Under the pieces are notes generated by a model. The model saw only the letters and a list, made by a program, of their open reading frames with translations. It was not told the origin of the DNA and did no database searches. DNA of 63,210 bases, counting the filler, from Corallochytrium limacisporum Hawaii (lineage: Eukaryota > Protista > Pluriformea), in assembly GCA_002811645.1 (NCBI GenBank). It is 5 parts of 5 records of this genome, joined end to end, with 100 filler letters (N's around TTAATTAATTAA, not from the genome) between each part and the next. Parts side by side here need not be neighbours in the genome. Positions count along the whole stretch, not along the records: positions 52,162 to 60,127 come from PDIP01000199.1; positions 60,228 to 63,210 come from PDIP01000018.1; 3 more parts are not named here. One strand, given 5' to 3'. Below are positions 55,332 to 63,210 of this stretch, piece after piece; the first letter of the stretch is position 1, and each line of letters opens with the position of its first letter. The translations under genes and the position numbers were made by a program.

Positions 55332-56549
55332 TTACAAAGACTCTGGCCAATCTCCCAGGTCCATAAAGTTGATCTGTGCCGTAGGGTACGTTCTGGGACA
55401 CATCTTGTAGATCTGACTGCCGTCCATGTTCTTGGTGACCAGCATGCGCTCCTCGCTGAGGACTTGGTCTGAAATCTTCGGATAGTCTTTCGCTAAACTC
55501 CGCAGCGCCTTCTTCATCTTCTTCTTGTACTCACCAGCGTAGTGGCGTGTGAATTGTCCGTAGAGCCCGAGGTGCTGTAGATCGACCCGGTAGACGTCCC
55601 GGAACTGTGGAAACTGGACTAGTTGTCCGAGAACCTGCTGATCGTCCTCCCGCCAGCTCATATAGCTCCAAGTGTTCAGAAACTCTATTGTTTTGGGCGT
55701 ACATCGCACAACAACCTCTCCAGCGCCGACTGGGCCGATGTACTTTTTGTCTATGATTGTTTGTAGCAGATCCATGCCGATCAGGATCCCCCAGTCTCCG
55801 CGGTGGCTGGCGGCAATATCCTCGACCGCGAGATCGGGCCAATCCACAAAAGCGTCCGTGTCGAACCACGCGACAAGGTCGTATCCTTGTAAACATTGGT
55901 CCAAAATCACGGCCGGTTTCGCAACGATGCCATTGCAGGTGATAAACTGGTAGTTGTAGCCGTGCCGTAGGGCGTAACGAAACAGTACACTGCGGCTCCA
56001 TCGCATACTGTAATTGCGATCCCCGGAATTGTCCGCTTGCACCACACTGATACGCGGTTTATGGTTGCGGCTCAGGATCCGCTCTGCGATCGATTGTACG
56101 CCACGAGGTAGCTCTCCCGTATCCGTGGGCAGACGCGACTGCACTGTGTAGACTGCGTCGAGTTCGTCGTTGGTAAGCAGTTTCCAATTCGTGTCCAGCA
56201 CGAATTTTTCCCAGGGACTAAGCCACCCTGGGTACGGTACAGGCGCCGAGTGGCCGTCAAATAGTCGGTACACCAGCGGATGCCGCTCAAGGGGACCGCC
56301 ATCCCCTTGCTCGTAGACGGGTATTTGTACACGCCCAGAGTTGCTATTAACGTTGTTCCCTTGGTCTGGAGACGCTGGTGGATTTTGTTGCGCTGATACA
56401 GTGTTCGGTGACACTGCCATAGATTGAGGTACCTCTATTCCCAGTGATGGAGCGAGGTAGTTGAAACTGACGAACCCCAGAATGAAGGTCAGGAGCACGG
56501 CCCCGAGTTCCAACATGGCCCCCCAGCGCAAGTTGATCGCTCTTGACAT
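55332..56549 (-). CDS. GT34-like (GMA12/MNN10) glycosyltransferase
   Basis: Type II TM, YALRHGY, K..VI, YDLVAWFDTDA (DxD), VGAG.VVVR....EFL..W, DQQVL. Confidence 0.8.
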   Translation of the reverse strand: MSRAINLRWGAMLELGAVLLTFILGFVSFNYLAPSLGIEVPQSMAVSPNTVSAQQNPPASPDQGNNVNSNSGRVQIPVYEQGDGGPLERHPLVYRLFDGHSAPVPYPGWLSPWEKFVLDTNWKLLTNDELDAVYTVQSRLPTDTGELPRGVQSIAERILSRNHKPRISVVQADNSGDRNYSMRWSRSVLFRYALRHGYNYQFITCNGIVAKPAVILDQCLQGYDLVAWFDTDAFVDWPDLAVEDIAASHRGDWGILIGMDLLQTIIDKKYIGPVGAGEVVVRCTPKTIEFLNTWSYMSWREDDQQVLGQLVQFPQFRDVYRVDLQHLGLYGQFTRHYAGEYKKKMKKALRSLAKDYPKISDQVLSEERMLVTKNMDGSQIYKMCPRTYPTAQINFMDLGDWPESL

Positions 56550-57399
56550 GACTAGTATCCGTCAGTTACTACACTTTCATATGAATTCAGTGTCTGTGTA
56601 ATTGTACATTATGTGACCTACCCTTTGGTTCGTCATATCCTATCCCAACCGTCGTTCACACCATCCAACCGGAGAGTTTGAGTCCTCTGTTGCACAGTGG
56701 TCGCTTGTCACCTGAGTACACAAACTTCGCTCAAATAACCAGTTACCGGAAGGATCAAACGCTGAGGAAATTGGGACCTGATGCAACTATCAAATCCAAG
56801 GAAATAGAAAACAAGCCTCAACCCCCCAACATCGGGCACAACTCAACCGTGCAAGGGACCGCACCGGATTCCGTAACCAATCGCTCTTAAGACCCATCCG
56901 GGCGGTGACTGTCCGCAGTGCCCGAGATTACAACAATCCCCCCCGCCCGGGGGGGGGGGGCCAGGGGGGGCGCGTCTCTCGCTCTCGAACGGGCGCGTAG
57001 GGGGAGGAAGGGGGCCTAATTTCATGGGTCTCCTCCCACCCCCCCCCCGCTGGGGGGGGCCACCACCGAGTCTCTTACATAAGGCTCCGGGTCACAACAA
57101 ATTTATATACCGACGACTTTACGAAACTTCTACATATATATGACATTTGTATTAAACATACTGCAAAATTATATATCCGGAATTTACAATTTGCTACTGC
57201 CGAGAATCCAGCGATGGTAGCAGACCCGGCCCGTACAATTTCAAAGATAGTACATGTTCTTCTTGTGTTTCGATGGAAAAAGTGGTGCGAATTCTTATGA
57301 TATGCCTATGAAAACATGGTTGTTTGATGATGAGACGTAAATGAAAGATGTTGGATTGGGTTGGGCGAGATGTCGGATGGTTCGAATCCGCACCCTTTC

Positions 57400-58932
57400 T
57401 CACGCCGTGATCTCCGTCCGTGCTGTGAGGCGGACATTGATTCCATTGCCCGGGCGGACAATCAGTTCCGCGCGCTGCTCTGCTTCACCGACCGTCTTGA
57501 GGTTGAAGGCCTTCATGACGGTTGCGATCATGACCTTCTCTTCCAGCACTGCAAACCTTTGGCCGATGCAGTTGCGGGCACCGGCGCTGAAGAAACAAGC
57601 AGCCATGGGGTGAGGGCGTTTGGCCAGATACTTCTTCGGAGGGTCGGGCAGCCAGCGTTCGGGTGCAAACTTCAGTGGCTCCACAAAGTCGTCCTCATGG
57701 CGGCACATGTCACGGAGCATGAGTCGGAAGGTTGCACCCTTCGGCACAACGCGGCCGCCAGGGAGGTGCAGGTCTTTGCCTAAAATACGTCCAATGCTCA
57801 AAACGGACGGATGCAGGCGCAGGGTCTCGCGAACGACACAGTTCAAGTAGACCAGGTCCTTTAGGTCTTCAATGTCTGGTTGTTCCTTGTCACCGAGGAC
57901 TTCGTCGAGCTCAGCTTGAAGCCGCTGTTGGATATCTGGGTTCCGTCCGAGCTCATAGAAGCACCAGCCGATGCTGGCAGCGGTCGTGTCATGGCCGGCG
58001 AACATAAAGGTGTCAACTTCCTTGCGAATGTCAACGTCCGTCATCTCATTCGGGTTCTCGCGCTGAATCTTGAGCAAAAGATCAAGGAATGCGAGCCTGC
58101 GCTTGTCAAAGAAGGCATTGTCCACGTCCTTGAGTGCCGCCTTGCGCTTGCGGATGGTCTGGTCTGTGACATAGTGCAGGAACTTGATGTGCCCCTTCTC
58201 CTCGGCGCCAAGGTCCGTAAAGTTGTAGTAGAACCAATCGATCAGGCCCCAAGGCTTGTGTTGGCGTTCCAGGGCGATCGAAGACATGCGCAGGACTGAC
58301 TTGACGTACTGGGATTCAGGCTGGGACTGGGCGTCGATCTTGGTGCCCATTGCAGCCTCGTTGATAACGTCAAGGGTAGCCAGGGTGCCTTCATGGAAAA
58401 TGTCCACGATCTGGCCCTCTGCAACACCCATACGGTCGAGCTTGTTTCGGAAGACAAGCGCTTGTTCCTGGAAAATGGGATAGTATTCTTTGAGAATGTC
58501 AAAATGGAACGCTGCGGTCAATTGGCGGCGGCGCGTGTGCCAGCGTTCGCCCTGGGAAAGGACCAGGCCACCACCGATCCACCGATCGAGGACCCTGTAG
58601 AAAACGCCTTTAGTGGTGTGTTCGTTGGACTTGAACACTTCCTCGGCCAGCCGCGGGTTGCTGCAGCTAAATACTGGCATCGGGCCCAGGAAGATGGTGA
58701 AAATATCACCGTACTGTTTCTGAATCTGTTCATTCCAGGGAATGGTTTTCCACGTTTCTGATGGCATAAGTGGCAGTGTACCCTTGAAATAAGAAACGGG
58801 CTTCGGTCCCGGAAATGTAAGTGCTGCTGCATAGATTTCTGGCCGAAAGAATGAAAACCATTTCGCCCGAATTGCCAGGACCATGACCACGCACACAAGT
58901 AACCCTGCAAGATAGGGATTCAGTAAAGACAT
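57400..58932 (-). CDS. Cytochrome P450, CYP4 clan
   Basis: WHTRRRQLTAAFHFDIL, RLAFLDLLL, EVDTFMFAGHDTT, ETLR, PERW, FSAGARNCIGQRFA. ATG at 58932. Confidence 0.96.
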   Translation of the reverse strand: MSLLNPYLAGLLVCVVMVLAIRAKWFSFFRPEIYAAALTFPGPKPVSYFKGTLPLMPSETWKTIPWNEQIQKQYGDIFTIFLGPMPVFSCSNPRLAEEVFKSNEHTTKGVFYRVLDRWIGGGLVLSQGERWHTRRRQLTAAFHFDILKEYYPIFQEQALVFRNKLDRMGVAEGQIVDIFHEGTLATLDVINEAAMGTKIDAQSQPESQYVKSVLRMSSIALERQHKPWGLIDWFYYNFTDLGAEEKGHIKFLHYVTDQTIRKRKAALKDVDNAFFDKRRLAFLDLLLKIQRENPNEMTDVDIRKEVDTFMFAGHDTTAASIGWCFYELGRNPDIQQRLQAELDEVLGDKEQPDIEDLKDLVYLNCVVRETLRLHPSVLSIGRILGKDLHLPGGRVVPKGATFRLMLRDMCRHEDDFVEPLKFAPERWLPDPPKKYLAKRPHPMAACFFSAGARNCIGQRFAVLEEKVMIATVMKAFNLKTVGEAEQRAELIVRPGNGINVRLTARTEITA

Positions 58933-58933
58933 G

Positions 58934-58962
58934 GTGTGTGTGTGTGTGTGTGTGTCTGTGTG
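58934..58962. repeat. (GT)n microsatellite directly upstream of the CYP4 ATG
   Basis: About 11 perfect GT units, then ct gtgtg. Confidence 0.9.
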
Positions 58963-59916
58963 GGTTCTTGTCTTGTTCTTTTTCTTAGTGACCTGAAAGT
59001 CAATCTGACTAGTCACAGGAAGCTCGAGTTGTGCCGTGAAGCAACACTTGTCGTTGGTCTGAAGGAATCTACAGTTTCCAAGCTGTTACGTGTAACAGGT
59101 TAGTTGCCCTCGGCTTCCAATTGGCGACCTAGTGCAACTGCCACCGTTTCGTATTGCTGCGGTTGGTTTGATGTGAGTCCTCTGCACGGAAAAGTCTTCA
59201 CCATTTCCGTTTCTATTCGTCGTCAAATACAGTCTTCGGCAAACGATGCCTTATCAGCTAGACCTTGTGATGACAAGTACCTTGATATTCGGACACACCC
59301 GCTTCCTCAAAACTACGAATTCTGCGTCACAAAGACTGACAGCGATAACTCAAAACAAGTCAACAAAATGATTGCATCCTCACAACATGCAGCTTCCAAC
59401 GGTTCACCCAAATTGCTACACATCACCCCGGGCATCTTAACCGCGCACGGCACAGAAGCAAAAGGAATTGGAGGTGCCTTCTTGCGTGAGGGTGCTCTCC
59501 ACCCTTCGAACTTGGCTACCACTAAGATGCGCCGCCGCCTTCTGAGTCCCTCTGTGTGCCCGTTGCGCTCTCTCCCCTTCCCTCCCGGTACAAAATGTAT
59601 GCGTTGTCGCTCCGGAAATTGGCCAGAATTTTACCCTTCCCCCCCCCCCTCTCTATCTCTCTCCCGGCCTTCCCCCGCACCCACGTCTCCTCCTCGGGCC
59701 CACCCTCTCCCCCCCTTCCCCGCGGGGCCGCCTTCTCCCCCCTTTTTTCCTTCCCTCCGGGCTCTCTCTCCTCTCCCTTCACGCTTCGGGCCGCCGCGGA
59801 GGCAAGGAAATCGGAGACATGGGGAGCGCCCGCCTGGAGGAGGGGGGGTGTGTTAGGCGCACGACATGCTCTGTGCGCAAGCATCTCGTCGTATTTCCGT
59901 AGTGGAGGTACTGTAC

Positions 59917-59995
59917 TTTTACCAGTTATCCTTCCACTTTCGTTAAAGTTTAAACGCCCCGGATCCTGGGGGGTTGTTTCTCGATCGCCACTCCG
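59917..59995 (+). repeat. 79-bp direct repeat, copy 2
   Basis: Identical to 52162-52240; partial similarity continues ~18 bp into the G-rich tract. Confidence 0.95.
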
Positions 59996-60127
59996 CGCCG
60001 CGGGGGGAGGAGGGGGGGGAGCCCGATTGTTTTTTTAAAAGTTTTCATTTTTTTTTTGTTTTCCTCTGTCCACGCATCGCCCGGGAGAGAGAGAGAGCGA
60101 GCGAGCGCCAGAGGGAAGAAGGAGAGA

Positions 60128-60227
60128 NNNNNNNNNNNNNNNNNNNNNNNNNNNNNNNNNNNNNNNNNNNNTTAATTAATTAANNNNNNNNNNNNNNNNN
60201 NNNNNNNNNNNNNNNNNNNNNNNNNNN
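60128..60227. other. Artificial contig spacer
   Basis: 44 N + TTAATTAATTAA + 44 N; preceded by a GA-rich tract. Confidence 0.98.
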
Positions 60228-60738
60228 AATTTTCCCGCTCTCCCAAGCGACGGCAGAGCTAAATCAAAATGAGTAGATTTGATACAATATTCCCAGACAG
60301 AGGGTGGTACCGTGGTACCGGTACCTTTATTGGAAGCTCACAATTGGAATTCACTCTTTCGGATTGTCCATCTGATGGTCCGGTTTTTCTCGCGTGACCC
60401 GGAGGGCATATGAGCACCACATCACTGAGAAGGTATACCCTCCGTCTAAAACACCACAGAGCACAGATTTACACGACACGGATAAATGACTCACGATTCA
60501 GGCCATCCTAAAACGACAAGGTGATGCATACGAGCAGTGTCAGAACTCAGTAGCACTGTACTAGAAACTGTATGGCCATTTAACTTAGATACACATGAAG
60601 CAAAGCAATGCAAGTTCACAAGAGCCACGCTACTCTAAGAATCAGGATTATCGTATTGATATGTAGCTCACTATATTGAAATGAATGATGCTAATAGAAT
60701 GACATTTCTATGTGAGTGTGTGTCTGTGAAGGGAATAT

Positions 60739-62418
60739 TCAGTCTTCGTAGTCGATGGTATTATCAGAGTCAGTGTCATACCCTCCCTTCACACTATCAG
60801 TTTCGTAGACACCCTGCTGAATGACCTCGACATCACAGCCCTTGAACACCCGGTAGTAGGCAGGAGACAGAATACCCATGACGCCAGAGAACGTGAAAAA
60901 GATAATGACGTAGTTTTCCGGTACCATGATCGGGGCAATGACCAACCCAATCAAGGACGCAATAGCAATGGTCAACATGAAGAGGGACATGCACAAGGAC
61001 TTCATGTTACCGGGACCGACGGCATAAACATACTCTAGACCGGTGGTAGCAGAGAAGATCTCACCCATACCAATATGAGCGTAAGCTGGAATCTGGAGCC
61101 AAATGGAGACAGAATTAGCGGCGGACTGATTGATGAAAACCTGCAGGACGCCTGCGTAGACGAATGAGGCGGCCGTAATGGCGAAACCAATGGAAATACG
61201 AGATATGCAACCCAGCTGAAAACCGAACGATCGAATCCAAGGATAGAACCAGTACTGGCAGAACGGAATGAAGACAATGATGACCAGAGAATTGACAAGG
61301 GTTAATTGGTCCGCTGTCAGCCAAGATGGGCCCTTCATCATGGTACCCTGTTCAATGAAGTTGGTTGACATTTGGTTATTCAGGGGCCAGAAGATTGGAA
61401 AGACTGATAAGGCTCGACAAGCATGTAAAGTCTGGCGGAGGTCAGCAATCTCCTGCTTGGTGTAAGTGGGGAATGCGTAGTCGAGGAACCCTTGCACGTT
61501 CTCGTAGTCGCCTTCCGCGTCACGCTGGTTGGGCTGGGCCGCAGCAGCACGCTTTTGGTTCTTCTGTTCCTTGGCCGCATGCCATGTTAGACCAATCATC
61601 CGACTGATCAGAGACCCAGCCGGCCGGACGAAGGAGTAGTAACGCTTACCGACAATGTAAATGCAGAAACCAATCATGAATGCGACGGTGGGAAACAGGT
61701 ATGCAATCCAGTAGGATGTACCTTTCGGTCCATCCATGCCGGGACCCTGGAACTTGGGCCCGAAGTGATGCAGGTTGGGACAGACCAGACCACCGACGAA
61801 GGAGCCAGCGTTGATAGCCCAGTACAAGAGCTTGAAGATTTTCTCAACATCTGCCGCGGAGATGTTTTGTAATTGATCCGCAACCATGGGAGAAATATTC
61901 TTGATACCTCCAGTGCCAAGGCCAAGGAGGAACAGTGCGACAATGAAGGAGTAGGTGGCGAAACCGGTTTTGTTCTTCGGAGGGTTGCTGAAATCGGAGA
62001 AGCCAAGCCTGGTGGCACCAAGAGTTAGCAGGGCCAGACCCACGAAATAAGCGTAGCCAAAGTACAAAATGGTCTTGTAGCGACCAAGATGGGCATCAGC
62101 AATGTAGGCACCAATGAATGTGGAAAAAAAGGACCAGAAGATGAATCCGTTAAAGGCAGCGTTTGCAGTGGAGGTGTTCCATCCCAGCATGTCAGTCATG
62201 TACAAAAAGAAACATTTAGAAGGTCCGTAGAACGTTAGACGAGTGAAAAATTCGACAATCAATAAAATTACAGCAGAGATAGGAAGACTGCTGGCGCTCT
62301 TCTGCGAGCATGTTTCTGATTTTTCGGAATTGGGACTGTAGGCACCCGCAAGCTTCTTGTTGATCGACTCATGGATTTCTATGGAGAGTGCCTTTTGGGT
62401 ATTTTCGTCTTCAAACAT
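60739..62418 (-). CDS. POT/PTR2 oligopeptide transporter family
   Basis: GAYIADAHLGRYKTI, LGTGGIK, ADQ, YWAINAGS, Q.STNFIEQG, SIWLQIP, EIF...GLEY..P..MKS. Confidence 0.94.
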   Translation of the reverse strand: MFEDENTQKALSIEIHESINKKLAGAYSPNSEKSETCSQKSASSLPISAVILLIVEFFTRLTFYGPSKCFFLYMTDMLGWNTSTANAAFNGFIFWSFFSTFIGAYIADAHLGRYKTILYFGYAYFVGLALLTLGATRLGFSDFSNPPKNKTGFATYSFIVALFLLGLGTGGIKNISPMVADQLQNISAADVEKIFKLLYWAINAGSFVGGLVCPNLHHFGPKFQGPGMDGPKGTSYWIAYLFPTVAFMIGFCIYIVGKRYYSFVRPAGSLISRMIGLTWHAAKEQKNQKRAAAAQPNQRDAEGDYENVQGFLDYAFPTYTKQEIADLRQTLHACRALSVFPIFWPLNNQMSTNFIEQGTMMKGPSWLTADQLTLVNSLVIIVFIPFCQYWFYPWIRSFGFQLGCISRISIGFAITAASFVYAGVLQVFINQSAANSVSIWLQIPAYAHIGMGEIFSATTGLEYVYAVGPGNMKSLCMSLFMLTIAIASLIGLVIAPIMVPENYVIIFFTFSGVMGILSPAYYRVFKGCDVEVIQQGVYETDSVKGGYDTDSDNTIDYED

Positions 62419-63210
62419 GATAGCTATACTAGGAATATACTTTTGCGAACGAGATAATAATGGCTATGTGCCTTGAATAATTGGGGGTGAAGAGTTGTTC
62501 ACAGTTGATCCAGCTCGTTCACTGATTCCAATCTGCTAGGTTCGTGGTTCTTAAATAGCCCTTTCAAAGCCGATGCGAATTATACAAACATAAAGAACCC
62601 CACAAAATTTGATGAAGGATTCACCTGCCTGATTGCATACCCAGACTCACCATCCCAATTACACCACCGGTTCCATCGCACATGCACCATCACCCAGCTC
62701 CTTTGAAGCTCTTTTCCCTCCTTTCCCTTGTCTCCCGTATCCCCCGCCCCCCCAGCGGTCTCCCCCCCCCTTCCTAAAGACTGGCTCCCGCTCGATCTGG
62801 TATGAGCGGGTGTGCCCGAGTGCCTGTTTACCTCGTACTCGTATCCCTAAGTACTCTTTGTGTGCGTACTTTGCGAACTAGTACACGGCAGGGCTTCCCC
62901 GTTCCCTCACTTAGGGTTCGGTTGCGCTGTCGTTCCCCGTCTGAAATACTACAGTACGGTGGTACCACCTACCAAGGGCAGTGCCCATTTTCGCTGAATT
63001 ACTATGGCAGTACCACCCTCTGTCTGGTATGTTAGGGTCAAAACTCCGAAAAATTTGACTCCCGAGGATCTTTTTTAATCTTGATTGTATAATAACTTAT
63101 ATTGATTCCATTCTATTTCATTATATTTTGCTCTTTTTAACAATCATGCACAAATATTTAAATAGCTGATTCAAACGAAGAGTCCCTGCTACTCTCAAAA
63201 AAGGACTATT

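Noticed and set aside
57379-57389. GGTTCGAATCC, tRNA T-loop/B-box-like
   Set aside because: No proper T-stem, D-arm or acceptor stem; it sits in the CYP4 3' UTR.
11076-58932. Whole window as one lipid/sterol metabolic gene cluster
   Set aside because: It spans artificial joins (only the 39744 join has internal support) and is interspersed with unrelated genes.
59104-59856. 250-aa ORF upstream of CYP4
   Set aside because: TTG start, no motifs, and the second half is the C-rich promoter island.

Overview
Eukaryotic nuclear DNA in five contigs joined by artificial 100-nt spacers (44 N + TTAATTAATTAA + 44 N). It is gene-dense, with 21 recognisable CDS, and all of them read as single uninterrupted ORFs, even at 1400-2250 aa. 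Gene content is animal-like: ASK-type MAP3K, SCAP, SUR-type ABCC, SLC52, TMEM45, CYP4 and a monofunctional thymidylate synthase. This points to an intron-poor unicellular holozoan (Corallochytrium-like; inference). The least obvious signal lies between the genes. Read by eye across frameshifts, several large 'intergenic' spacers look like heavily decayed coding sequence: a near full-length Ty3/gypsy element (candidate LTRs, PBS, gag knuckle, PR, RT, RH, IN, PPT; ~37131-42065), an ankyrin-repeat gene and two protein kinases. Spacers upstream of genes carry poly(G)/poly(C) islands that are absent from CDS and from convergent gaps. Other highlights are a GT31 fused to a degenerate Maf/CstII-like domain inside a GT31-GT34-CYP4 unit bounded by a 79-bp direct repeat, an ASK kinase tail with Grb2-type docking motifs, and a sulfonylurea-receptor-like ABCC. 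All family calls come from motif recognition by eye; no searches were run.
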